DNA of 64,000 nucleotides from Oscillospiraceae bacterium (GTDB lineage Bacteria; Bacillota; Clostridia; Oscillospirales; Acutalibacteraceae): NCBI GenBank assembly GCA_015065425.1, contig SVQH01000007.1, positions 39,038 to 103,037 of the forward strand, read 5' to 3'. Shown piece by piece: positions 47,478 to 56,922 of this stretch (position 1 is its first letter; each line of letters starts with the position of its first letter). The notes under the pieces were generated by a model. It saw only the letters and a program-made list of their open reading frames with translations, ran no database searches and was not told where the DNA came from. The position numbers and the translations under genes were made by a program.

Positions 47478-47990
47478 TTATATCATATAAAGATATGCAG
47501 GGATAGAAAGCAGCCATACCAGTATCAGAGTGAAGATGCTGTACAGCTCTAATATCTTATATCCGTTTTTCTTTTTTAACGTGATTGTTTCAAAGAGAAC
47601 TAAAGCAAGAATAATCGGTAAGATATAAGTAAGGCAGATAATGAATCCGCCCATACCCGTCCAACCGTCGTTCAGTGTGACTCTTTCAATAACTGCGATT
47701 ATCATCATAGTAATTAATCCAAGTGTCATCACACCGCAAACAGAGGAATATGCAATACTCAAAATGTTGTATTTATTGTATTTGTCTTTTTCCTTCTTTC
47801 CGCCTATCAATTCTTCCTGTGAAATCTGAAACATTACCGCTAAACGGGCAAGATTATCTTTACTTGGGTATCGCTCTCCCGATTCCCATTTAGAAACTAA
47901 TGTGCGGGAAACGAAGATTTGATTTGCCAAAGCCTCCTGCGTCAGATTTGCATTAGCTCTTAATTCTTTGAGCCTGTCTTTTAATTCCAT
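47478..47990 (-). CDS. membrane-anchored XRE family HTH transcriptional regulator
   Basis: Start at MELKDRLKELR after GGAGGTG. HTH LTQEALANQIFVSRTLVSKWE is followed by three predicted TM segments. Confidence 0.75.
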   Translation of the reverse strand: MELKDRLKELRANANLTQEALANQIFVSRTLVSKWESGERYPSKDNLARLAVMFQISQEELIGGKKEKDKYNKYNILSIAYSSVCGVMTLGLITMMIIAVIERVTLNDGWTGMGGFIICLTYILPIILALVLFETITLKKKNGYKILELYSIFTLILVWLLSIPAYLYMI

Positions 47991-48128
47991 TGAGAACACC
48001 TCCCGATAAAATCTTACTATAGCATAAGCTAAATAGCAAGTGACAGCGATGTGACAAGCATTGTATACATAATTCAGTTAAGATTATATGTTTTTTACGG
48101 TAATCTTTGTTTTATTTTATCTTTAATG

Positions 48129-48157
48129 TTGCACTTTAATTTTCGCAGTGGTAGAAT
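48129..48157 (+). promoter_or_regulatory. candidate sigma-A promoter (extended -10)
   Basis: TTGCAC, 17-nt spacer, TAGAAT, with TG at -15/-14. Confidence 0.45.
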
Positions 48158-48187
48158 AAATGAAAATCGGTGAAAGAGGAAACTCTT

Positions 48188-49216
48188 ATGAAATATTATC
48201 TTTTGCCCGAAACGGGGAATTTTTACAAAGCTAATCTTCATTCTCATTCTACCGTGTCTGACGGAACGCTGACTCCTGCTGAAATGAAAGAGCTTTATAA
48301 AAGCAGGGGATACAGTGTGCTTGCCTGTACAGACCATGAAATTATGGTTCCTCACCACGACCTTACTGATAATGATTTTCTTATGCTGACAGGGTTTGAA
48401 CTGGGCTTTGATGAAAATTGGCGGCCTGATTTTCTTGATGCCAGAGTGTGTGACTTGTGTATTATTTCACTGGACAGGGAAAACAATGTTCAGCCTTGTT
48501 TTCACAGGACCAAATATCACAATCCTCAGAGAAACACTGAAATCATGTTCGATGAAAATGAGCCGGATTTTGAAAGAGAATATAATGCAGACTGTATAAA
48601 TGCTGCCATTAAGAAATGCCGTGAAAAGGGCTTTTTTGTAACTTATAATCATCCTACATGGTCATTGGAGCATTATGAGGATTATATAAAGTATAAAGGC
48701 ATGAATGCAATGGAGATATGTAACTACTCCAGCTTCATTGACGGTTATGATGAGTATAATTCAAAGGCCTATGATGATTTTCTCAGAAAGGGAGAGAGGA
48801 TATTCTGTATAGGTGCGGATGATAATCACAACCGCCGTGACCCCTCCTGCCGTATGTGGGATTCCTTCGGTGCCTTTACCGTGATAAAGGCAGAAGACCT
48901 TACTTATGAAAGCATTGCCGATGCTCTTAAAAACGGCAATTTCTATTCATCGCAAGGGCCTGAAATATATGCTCTGTATTTTGAGGATGATAAGCTTCAT
49001 GTAGAGTGTTCACCTGCCGATAAGGTTGTGTGTACTGTCAACAAAAGACGCTGTATGTCACGGTATAATGAAGAAACAGGTGTGATAAACCATGCCGTAT
49101 TTGAAATAAAGCCCTCCGACGGGTATTTCAGAGTTACGGTAATTGACAAAAACGGTCTCAAAGCAGATACCAATGCATATTTTACGGATACACTCAACAT
49201 TTCCGTAACAGAATAA
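48188..49216 (+). CDS. PHP domain-containing phosphoesterase
   Basis: NLHSHSTVSDG and ACTDHE PHP motifs. Confidence 0.7.
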   Translation: MKYYLLPETGNFYKANLHSHSTVSDGTLTPAEMKELYKSRGYSVLACTDHEIMVPHHDLTDNDFLMLTGFELGFDENWRPDFLDARVCDLCIISLDRENNVQPCFHRTKYHNPQRNTEIMFDENEPDFEREYNADCINAAIKKCREKGFFVTYNHPTWSLEHYEDYIKYKGMNAMEICNYSSFIDGYDEYNSKAYDDFLRKGERIFCIGADDNHNRRDPSCRMWDSFGAFTVIKAEDLTYESIADALKNGNFYSSQGPEIYALYFEDDKLHVECSPADKVVCTVNKRRCMSRYNEETGVINHAVFEIKPSDGYFRVTVIDKNGLKADTNAYFTDTLNISVTE

Positions 49217-49231
49217 TTTTGGAGAGAATAA

Positions 49232-50116
49232 ATGAAAAGGTTTTTTAATGCAAGACTTATGCTGATACTGTCAATGGCAATTTTCGGTACGATAGGTCTT
49301 TTCAGAAGAAATATTGATGTAAGTTCGGGGGAACTTGCATTTTACAGGGCTGTGCTTGCTACTGTTTTTATAGGTCTGTTTTTACTTGTGACAAAAAACA
49401 GAATCCCCTTCGGAAAAATAAAAAAGCAACTGCCGTTACTAATTATTTCGGGTGTTGCTATGGCTTTCAACTGGATACTTCTTTTTGAGGCATATAATTA
49501 CACCACGGTGTCCGTGGCAACGCTCAGTTATTATTTTGCACCTGTCATAGTGACGCTTCTTTGTCCCGTACTTTTTAAAGAAAAAATGGGAGTAAAGCAG
49601 TGGGTATGTTTCATTATGTCAACTGTCGGTATAGTACTTATTACGGGGATTGGTTCTCTTGATACAGGCAGTAATCACTTTTTAGGTATTCTTTGCGGTC
49701 TTGGTGCCGCCTGTCTTTATGCTACTGTTATTCTTCTCAATAAATTCATCAGGGATGTTGACGGTATTCACCGTACATTTCTGCAGTTTGTGTCAGCGGT
49801 GGTTGTCCTTTGTCCTTATGTGCTTTTTACAAGCGGAATAAATCTTTCGGGACTTGATACGAAGGGCATCGTGCTTTTACTCACCGTAGGACTTGTTCAT
49901 ACGGGTATTACATACTGTATGTACTTTTCTTCGCTCAAAGAACTTACGGGTCAGAAAGCTGCAATTTTAAGTTATATAGACCCTCTTGTTGCAGTGCTCT
50001 GTTCAGTGTTGATTCTACATGAAACTATGACTGTAACTCAGATTATAGGCGGTGTGCTGATATTGGGCTTTGCTCTCTGGAATGAAATTACACCGAAAAA
50101 AGGAGGCAAACAATGA
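49232..50116 (+). CDS. EamA/DMT family transporter
   Basis: 10 TM segments arranged as two EamA-like repeats. Confidence 0.75.
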   Translation: MKRFFNARLMLILSMAIFGTIGLFRRNIDVSSGELAFYRAVLATVFIGLFLLVTKNRIPFGKIKKQLPLLIISGVAMAFNWILLFEAYNYTTVSVATLSYYFAPVIVTLLCPVLFKEKMGVKQWVCFIMSTVGIVLITGIGSLDTGSNHFLGILCGLGAACLYATVILLNKFIRDVDGIHRTFLQFVSAVVVLCPYVLFTSGINLSGLDTKGIVLLLTVGLVHTGITYCMYFSSLKELTGQKAAILSYIDPLVAVLCSVLILHETMTVTQIIGGVLILGFALWNEITPKKGGKQ

Positions 50117-50844
50117 ATGATATTATAAAAAGTCTTAAAAACAGAAAATCCGTCAGAGCTTTTACTACGACGGAAATAGATGAATGCATAAAAGAGGAAA
50201 TTCTTCTTTGTGCCGTAAATGCACCAACTGCCGGAAATCAGCAGCTTTATACCATTCTTGATATAAGAAACAAGGAGCTGCTTGAAAAGCTTTCCGTCAC
50301 CTGTGACAATCAGCCTTTTATAAAAGACTCAAAATTTACTCTTATATTCTGTGCGGACTTCAAAAAATGGTATGATGCCTTTATCTGTACGGAGTGTGCA
50401 CCGCGAAAACCTTCTGCAGGTGATTTTCTTCTTTCTGTCAATGATGCGGTGATTGCCGCTCAGAATGCAGTATGTGCTGCCGAAAGCTTCGGTATCGGTT
50501 CCTGCTACATAGGGGATATAATGGAAAACTGTGAGCTTCACCGTGAAATGCTGAATTTGCCTGAATATGTTTTTCCTGCCGCCATGCTCGTTTTCGGTTA
50601 TCCCGAAGACAGTCAGATAAGAAGAAAAAAGCCCGAAAGAGCCGATATGAAGCATATTGTTCACACCGACACCTATAGGGAAATGGAAACACATGAATTA
50701 AAAGAGCTTTTCTCCCCGAAGGCAAAGGAGAAAAGCTATGAAGACTGGATGAAAGCTTTCTGTGAAAGAAAATATAACAGCGATTTTTCCATAGAAATGA
50801 GCCGCAGCGTAAACGAATATCTCAAGCAATGGGAAAATGAATAA
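50113..50844 (+). CDS. nitroreductase family protein
   Basis: RKSVRAF...APTAGNQQ signature. Its start overlaps the upstream stop. Confidence 0.8.
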   Translation: MNDIIKSLKNRKSVRAFTTTEIDECIKEEILLCAVNAPTAGNQQLYTILDIRNKELLEKLSVTCDNQPFIKDSKFTLIFCADFKKWYDAFICTECAPRKPSAGDFLLSVNDAVIAAQNAVCAAESFGIGSCYIGDIMENCELHREMLNLPEYVFPAAMLVFGYPEDSQIRRKKPERADMKHIVHTDTYREMETHELKELFSPKAKEKSYEDWMKAFCERKYNSDFSIEMSRSVNEYLKQWENE

Positions 50845-50927
50845 TTGAAATATCGGGGTGTTTGCTGTTGCAAACACCCCGATATTTCATTGCTTCACCA
50901 CCGTGCAGCGGAACGCTGAATTATGGC

Positions 50928-51878
50928 TTATATGTATTTTTCTATGAGCTTGTTTATTTTTGCTTCGTACTCTTCGGGGGCTTTCAGATAACAAGCACAG
51001 TGAGGTGCATCTTCCACTATGAAAAGCTCCTTGTCGGGAGAACTGCATTCATCGTATAGCTTGTTTACCATCTGCCACGGTACAAAATTATCCCGTTTAC
51101 CGTGGATGAACAGTACAGGTAATTTCATATATTTTACGGATTCTATAGGTGTATTGCAGTCTTTGAAAGAAAATCTGTTGAATATCCTGTTATACATATT
51201 AACTCCCTGAAGGAGAGGGAAAACAGGCCAGTGTGCATTTTTCAGAGAGTATCTGAACAGTTCCCATGGGCTTGTAAAACTGCAGTCGGAAATGACAAAT
51301 TTTACGTTTTCCGGCAGAGATGCATCACCGCACATATTGTTTACTGTTGCCGCTCCCATGGAAACTCCGTAAAGGATAATTTTTATGTCATTACCGAAAG
51401 TTTCTTTCATAAAATACAGCCACTGCATAGCATCATAATATTCATACATTCCGAATGAAATATATCTTCCGTCGCTTTCACCCGAGGCTCTGTGGTCTAT
51501 CATGAAAATATTGATATTTTTATCATGGAAATATTTTGCGATAAATCTGAACTGGCGTTTTGCATCGGTCTTGAATCCCGGTGCACAGAAAACATAGACA
51601 TCTGACGTTTTTTTTGCAGGCAGAAAATATCCTTTGACGATTTTTCCTTCTGCATTTTCAATTTCGTATTCAGTAAACTGCTGTTCGTTGAACCACAGTT
51701 CTCTTTCATCATTGTCGTGTATCTTTTTGTTCTTTGACGGCTTGTGAAATACCTCTTTCAGAAAACGGGGTGTCTCATAGGTTCTGTCAAGAAGGGATTT
51801 GAAAGCCATATAAGATGTGCCTGCAAAAAGTGCAGTGCCGCCGAGAGTAACAAGTGAGATTTTTGTTTTAAGCTTCAT
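50928..51878 (-). CDS. alpha/beta hydrolase with N-terminal membrane anchor
   Basis: Nucleophile elbow GVSMGAA. N-terminal TM segment. Confidence 0.7.
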   Translation of the reverse strand: MKLKTKISLVTLGGTALFAGTSYMAFKSLLDRTYETPRFLKEVFHKPSKNKKIHDNDERELWFNEQQFTEYEIENAEGKIVKGYFLPAKKTSDVYVFCAPGFKTDAKRQFRFIAKYFHDKNINIFMIDHRASGESDGRYISFGMYEYYDAMQWLYFMKETFGNDIKIILYGVSMGAATVNNMCGDASLPENVKFVISDCSFTSPWELFRYSLKNAHWPVFPLLQGVNMYNRIFNRFSFKDCNTPIESVKYMKLPVLFIHGKRDNFVPWQMVNKLYDECSSPDKELFIVEDAPHCACYLKAPEEYEAKINKLIEKYI

Positions 51879-53307
51879 TTTTCACTTCAAGCCTTTCTTT
51901 TCTTATTTCTTCGAGTTCTTTAAGAATGCTTTCTTTCTTTTTGCCGTTAAAATCATCAAACCGCATTATAAGTCCGGGAATGATGTTTCCTATGATTCCC
52001 GGAATGACGACAAGGTAGAATATGCCTTTGAGTGTTTCCGGAGTTTGCACTGCTTCAACACTGTTGCCGTTTGCATCAACCGTTGCACTTTTATAGCCTA
52101 TCATGGAAAGTCCTATATCTATCATAAGGTCTTTCCATAAACTTGAAATTCTTGAACACATTGTATTGAATGAGAATATCATGCCTTCGTTTCTTACAGA
52201 GATGCCGAGTTTTTTATAACTTTTCCATTCCATATAGTCTGCACTGTCTGCAAGCAGTATTCTTCTTGCAGCCCCCATACCTGCATTGGGAAAACCTCCT
52301 ATAGCTATAAGTGCACCGACTATTATTTTATATTTATAACCGAAGATTGACAAAAGTGTATAGCATATACCCGTAAGGAGATATCCGTATGATACCATAT
52401 CTCGGGATGAAAGTTTTTTGCCGATAACGGGAACGGATGCAAGGCCTATATAAGAAAGAGTGGAGGAACATACTTCAACTACGGTTTTCATGCTGTAGTT
52501 GTTCATGGTTTGCTTGTAGAAGAATGGAAGTGCATAATAGCATACCTGACGTACAGAGTCAATTATCTGACTGAGACTCAAAAGCAGAAGCGGACGGTTG
52601 AGAAGTACTACTTTAAGGTCAACGGCTGCTTTTTTCTCTTTTACTTCAGGAGATAATGCCAGTTTTTCCTGAAGCGTAAGACAAGGTACAATCATGGTTA
52701 TAAGACCTAATATTCCGAATATTAACGCAACAACGAAAAATGCCCATTTTTCAGAGTTGTAGTCACCTTTTTGTATGTCTATTATAAACGGTACAAGACC
52801 GCCCGGAAGTGTTGAACCGAGAGTAGATGCAAACTGTGCAACTGTGTAAAAAGTTTTTCTCGGTCCGGGTGAAGTTGTCATTCTCGAGGACATTGTAAGA
52901 AGTGAAATATCGTAAAATGTATCTGCTACATTGAAAAGAAGAAATAAAAGGAATGACCATATAAGTCTGAAAGTGATTGACCCCGTGGGAACAAAGAAAA
53001 GTAAAACAGATGATACTGTCAGAGGAATTGCAGACATTGTCATAAATTTCTTTGCATTTCCGCGGTTATCAAGAAGAAGCCCGATGATGGGTGATGAAAT
53101 TATGTTTACACCTTTTGTGACAGATTTAAGTGTCAGATTCTGTGCAGAATTAAGTCCCATATAATCATAGAAAAACTGATCTGTATATGTTCCGACACAG
53201 TCCTGTCCCATGGAGTTTCCGAAAGACCCCGAAGCAAAGCCTAAAAGCTCCTTTAAGGTAAAATCGGGATTGTTTTTTACCTCGTCAAATTTTTCTCTGA
53301 AACCCAT
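51868..53307 (-). CDS. MFS transporter, glycoside-pentoside-hexuronide (GPH):cation symporter-like
   Basis: 12 TM segments, with a GPH-like N-terminus KELLGFASGSFGNSM. Confidence 0.7.
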   Translation of the reverse strand: MGFREKFDEVKNNPDFTLKELLGFASGSFGNSMGQDCVGTYTDQFFYDYMGLNSAQNLTLKSVTKGVNIISSPIIGLLLDNRGNAKKFMTMSAIPLTVSSVLLFFVPTGSITFRLIWSFLLFLLFNVADTFYDISLLTMSSRMTTSPGPRKTFYTVAQFASTLGSTLPGGLVPFIIDIQKGDYNSEKWAFFVVALIFGILGLITMIVPCLTLQEKLALSPEVKEKKAAVDLKVVLLNRPLLLLSLSQIIDSVRQVCYYALPFFYKQTMNNYSMKTVVEVCSSTLSYIGLASVPVIGKKLSSRDMVSYGYLLTGICYTLLSIFGYKYKIIVGALIAIGGFPNAGMGAARRILLADSADYMEWKSYKKLGISVRNEGMIFSFNTMCSRISSLWKDLMIDIGLSMIGYKSATVDANGNSVEAVQTPETLKGIFYLVVIPGIIGNIIPGLIMRFDDFNGKKKESILKELEEIRKERLEVKNEA

Positions 53308-53323
53308 ATTCCTTCCTCACTTA

Positions 53324-54343
53324 TTATTTATAATTTAACAGCTTTTTAAACGCATCCCACGCAGGGACGGCATAAAATCTGTGACCTTCGTGCCCCTTTA
53401 TGTGAATGCAGTTTTCAGGAGAAACACAATTTTTATAATAAATGTCTTTGAGCCTTGAAAATTCGTGTTCTGCGGTATCAAGGGGAAAGATTCTGTCTTC
53501 TTTTCCCGAAACTATAACAAGAGGACGGGGTGCGATAAGTCCTGCAATTTCAGCCATATCAAAATATTTAGCAATGCCCGGAACAAAATTACATGCACAG
53601 TGATACATAATGCCTATTGAACCGTAGAATGTGGCAAATGCACAGGAGGGTATTGCCGCTTTGATTCTTTTTTCAAGGGCTGTGGCATAAAATGTGGCTG
53701 TACCACCGCCTGAGTTTCCCATGCAGTATATTTTTTCGGTGTCAAGCACTTCGCTGAATTCGTTTTCCAGTACATCGATAAGTCTCATTACATCCCATAC
53801 TCTGCCGCCGATGGTGGTTCTGCCCGCAAGAAGTGCAGTCATTGATGACGTATAGCAGTCAGGCTTCGGAGTGCCTCCGCGTTCTCCGAAACAACGCTGG
53901 TCTATTGCTACTGCGGCAATGCCGTTATTTATACATTGTACGGCAAAATCTCTGTCACCGCCTTCGGGATCTCCTTCTTCGCCTTCATATTTTATTATGC
54001 CGAAGCTGACATGCATACCGAGACCGTGTCCTTGCAAACATATCATTACGGGCGGCTTTTCGCAACAAGTTTTTTTCGGAAGCCACATAACTGCAGGAAC
54101 AAATTCTCCCTCTTCGCTTTGAAAAGTAAAGCGGATTTCCGTACATTTTTCAAGGTCTTTTTCATATTCCTTATCAAAAAGTAAATCGCACTTTTTGCAG
54201 GGAAGTCCCAGAAGCTCCTTAAGCTTTTCTTCTGCCTTAGTCTGCCATGCTTCAAGCGTTTCCTTTTCAGGTGCAAAAACCATTGACGGAACAGTGTTTT
54301 TCAGTGCCGTGAATTCTGTAAACTTTGAATGTGAAATTTGCAT
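53324..54343 (-). CDS. alpha/beta hydrolase (acetyl-esterase / dienelactone-hydrolase-like)
   Basis: GNSGGG nucleophile elbow, with GGAGG upstream of the start. Confidence 0.65.
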   Translation of the reverse strand: MQISHSKFTEFTALKNTVPSMVFAPEKETLEAWQTKAEEKLKELLGLPCKKCDLLFDKEYEKDLEKCTEIRFTFQSEEGEFVPAVMWLPKKTCCEKPPVMICLQGHGLGMHVSFGIIKYEGEEGDPEGGDRDFAVQCINNGIAAVAIDQRCFGERGGTPKPDCYTSSMTALLAGRTTIGGRVWDVMRLIDVLENEFSEVLDTEKIYCMGNSGGGTATFYATALEKRIKAAIPSCAFATFYGSIGIMYHCACNFVPGIAKYFDMAEIAGLIAPRPLVIVSGKEDRIFPLDTAEHEFSRLKDIYYKNCVSPENCIHIKGHEGHRFYAVPAWDAFKKLLNYK

Positions 54344-54404
54344 AGCCGAAACCTCCTGTTTTTTCTCTTTAAATTAATATAACAATTTAATATAGTTTTT
54401 GCAA

Positions 54405-54440
54405 GTAAAAAAACTCAGGCTCACGGATATAAGCCTGAGT
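54405..54440 (-). terminator. rho-independent terminator after the ychF / IscU-like operon
   Basis: actcaggct-cacggatata-agcctgagt with a T-run on the minus strand. Confidence 0.75.
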
Positions 54441-54451
54441 AAATATGTTTT

Positions 54452-54811
54452 TTAATAACAGCTGCAACCGTCATGGGAGGTAAACTCTATGCCGTTTTTT
54501 CTGCCCCAGTCGGCTACGGCTCTTTTTGCAGCCATGACTGCCATTGCACCGAGATATAATTTCTCTCTCGGAATATCATTTTTTGTGTTGTAGAAAACAA
54601 CATTGTTGGTGACCTGCATAATGTCTTCCGCCGTATGATATTTTATCATACGGCATACAGTCTCACCGCAATCGGTGAGCACTTCATCATCGGAACAGAT
54701 GAAATTTGCCTGTGTTACTTCGCCGTCCTCGAATGCTACGGTCACTTCAATAAATTCCTCGGTATCCCCGGGGGCAATTCGTCCGATTCCTGTATTATTC
54801 ATATCAAACAT
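54452..54811 (-). CDS. IscU/NifU N-terminal-domain-like protein lacking the canonical cluster-ligand cysteines
   Basis: The length and hydrophobic pattern align by eye with IscU (G.G......IEV....DG.I..A.F......I.G.T.EDA..V.N). The CGD, GCG and HC positions are replaced, and the protein ends with a C-terminal CSCY. Confidence 0.45.
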   Translation of the reverse strand: MFDMNNTGIGRIAPGDTEEFIEVTVAFEDGEVTQANFICSDDEVLTDCGETVCRMIKYHTAEDIMQVTNNVVFYNTKNDIPREKLYLGAMAVMAAKRAVADWGRKNGIEFTSHDGCSCY

Positions 54812-55898
54812 TGAATCTGAACAGAACGATGTCGCCGTCCTGCATCACATATTCCTTTCCTTCACTTCTCACAAGTCCTTTTTCCTTTGCCGCGGTCATG
54901 GAACCGTTTTCAATCAGTTCATCAAAGGAAATGACCTCTGCACGGATAAATCCTCTTTCAAAGTCAGAATGAATTTTACCTGCAGCCTGAGGTGCTTTTG
55001 TACCTTTTTTGATGGTCCATGCCCTTACCTCGGGTTTACCTGCAGTAAGATATGACATAAGTCCTAAAAGGTCATAACTTTTCTGAATCAGAAGGTCAAG
55101 TCCGCCTTTTTCGATGCCGAGTTCACTTAAGAACATTTCTTTTTCTTCTCCGGACAGCTCTGCTATCTGTGCTTCAAGCTCTGCACAGATGGGAAGAACC
55201 TCACTGCCTTCTGCTGCAGCAATTTCTTTGACCTTACAGAAATACTTGTTATCGGAGAGTTCTCCTGCGAAGTCTTCTTCACTCATATTACACGCATATA
55301 TAACGGGCTTTGATGAGAGAAGAGCTACGGATGACATAAGCTCTCTCTGATCGTCGGTCATTTCGACTGCTCTCGCATTCACCGCATTGTCGAGCTGCTC
55401 TTTAAGATATGTAAAGAATTGCACATCTCCTGCAAGGGATTTGTCGCCCTTCATTGCCTTTGTGTCACGGTCAATTCTTCTCTGAAGTATTTCAGTGTCG
55501 GAGAGAATAAGTTCAAGATTTATGGTTTCAATATCCCTTACGGGGTCTATTTCTCCGTCAACATGCATTATGTCGTCGTTTTCAAAACAGCGGACAACAT
55601 GTATTATAGCATCGACCTCTCTTATGTGGGACAGGAACTTGTTGCCGAGACCTTCACCCTTTGAAGCCCCCTTTACAAGACCTGCTATGTCAACAAATTC
55701 TATGGTTGCAGGGGTAATTTTATCAGGGGAATACATTTCGGCTAATTTATCAATTCTGTAATCAGGTACTGCAACAACACCCACATTAGGTTCTATTGTG
55801 CAGAAAGCATAGTTTGCTGCCTGTGCACCTGCATTTGTAAGTGCATTGAAAAGTGTGCTTTTACCGACATTCGGTAAACCTACTATACCGAGTTTCAT
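54804..55898 (-). CDS. ychF: redox-regulated ribosome-binding ATPase YchF
   Basis: [21 protein letters not shown]...; the TGS-like C-terminus reads GFIRAEV...[11 protein letters not shown]. Confidence 0.93.
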   Translation of the reverse strand: MKLGIVGLPNVGKSTLFNALTNAGAQAANYAFCTIEPNVGVVAVPDYRIDKLAEMYSPDKITPATIEFVDIAGLVKGASKGEGLGNKFLSHIREVDAIIHVVRCFENDDIMHVDGEIDPVRDIETINLELILSDTEILQRRIDRDTKAMKGDKSLAGDVQFFTYLKEQLDNAVNARAVEMTDDQRELMSSVALLSSKPVIYACNMSEEDFAGELSDNKYFCKVKEIAAAEGSEVLPICAELEAQIAELSGEEKEMFLSELGIEKGGLDLLIQKSYDLLGLMSYLTAGKPEVRAWTIKKGTKAPQAAGKIHSDFERGFIRAEVISFDELIENGSMTAAKEKGLVRSEGKEYVMQDGDIVLFRFNV

Positions 55899-56296
55899 TA
55901 ATTTTTACCTCTTTTTATCAAAATACATCTTATATTAGCACAGTTTTTTTGTCTTTGCAACTAAAATCAGGTTGACGGTAATATATTAATACAAATTTGA
56001 TTCTGAAAAGTATAAGTATTCGCTGTGTATGAATGGTAAACAGAGATTTGAAAAATAAGTGATATGTATTTTGACTGTACGAGAGAACAGTTAAACTTAT
56101 AATTGAAGTCACATTTTTGTCAAAAATTTATATCTCTGAAACATTTTGTTAATAAATGAAACAAAAAAATAGGATTGTTTTGTGTTGTTTCCGACAATGT
56201 GTTTGATAAATTAAGTAAAAATAACATTTATCCGTGTTGAATGTTTGCAAGAATTTGTTATAAATGTAAACATTGTAGTGAAGTCTTAAAAAACTC

Positions 56297-56325
56297 TTGA
56301 ATTTTTATTTTCCGTTTGGTAATAT
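56297..56325 (+). promoter_or_regulatory. candidate sigma-A promoter of mini-protein array B
   Basis: TTGAAT, 17-nt spacer, TAATAT, about 64 nt upstream of the first ATG, inside a 490-nt AT-rich non-coding gap. Confidence 0.45.
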
Positions 56326-56388
56326 ATTGCTGTAAGATATCCTAATGGGTTTCTTATACAATTTTTTAGCGAAAGAGAGGTGCACACA

Positions 56389-56505
56389 ATGGATAAGATT
56401 GCAGGACTTGCTGAATACCTCGGCGCATGGCTCAAGGAGCTCATCAAGACAATCATGGAAATGATGGATTGGCTTGAAATCAACTTCGGTGGCGAAGCTG
56501 AATAA
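56389..56505 (+). CDS. mini-protein B1, 38 aa (MDKIAGLAEYLGAWLKELIKTIMEMMDWLEINFGGEAE)
   Basis: Hand-translated. AGAGAGGTG lies 6 nt before the ATG. The product has 8 acidic and 3 basic residues and an amphipathic helix. Confidence 0.65.
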   Translation: MDKIAGLAEYLGAWLKELIKTIMEMMDWLEINFGGEAE

Positions 56506-56555
56506 TTTCAGAAATTGTTTTTAATTTTATTTATTTATGAAAAGAGGTGCGAATA

Positions 56556-56690
56556 ATGGATTTTGATTTCATCACAAAGATCATTGATGATATCGTAGCA
56601 TTCATCAAGTCTGCTGTTGCTAACCTTCAGAAGTTCATCGCCGGTTTCAAGGGCGGTAATGCTTTTGTAGTACCCGAAGACGCAGAATAA
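56556..56690 (+). CDS. mini-protein B2, 44 aa (MDFDFITKIIDDIVAFIKSAVANLQKFIAGFKGGNAFVVPEDAE)
   Basis: AGAGGTG lies 6 nt before the ATG. Codon choice is like hup (AAG 4 to AAA 0, ATC 5 to ATT 1, TTC 4 to TTT 2). Confidence 0.7.
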   Translation: MDFDFITKIIDDIVAFIKSAVANLQKFIAGFKGGNAFVVPEDAE

Positions 56691-56746
56691 TTCTATTAAG
56701 TAATTTATTATTTATTATATCTTACAGTAAAGTGAGGTGCAAATAA

Positions 56747-56866
56747 ATGGAACAGTTCTTCGATTGGCTCAGATATTGGGTTGAAATGATCATCGAAATG
56801 ATTGAAAATACAAAGGAATGGTTTGCTAAGGCTTTCCCTGCAGAAGAAGAAACACCTGCTGAATAA
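56747..56866 (+). CDS. mini-protein B3, 39 aa (MEQFFDWLRYWVEMIIEMIENTKEWFAKAFPAEEETPAE)
   Basis: GTGAGGTG lies 7 nt before the ATG. The helix is Trp/Phe-rich and the tail is acidic. Confidence 0.65.
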   Translation: MEQFFDWLRYWVEMIIEMIENTKEWFAKAFPAEEETPAE

Positions 56867-56922
56867 TTTCAATCAATGAACTTATATAATTTTATTAAAT
56901 CACGAAAAGAGGTGCAACATTA

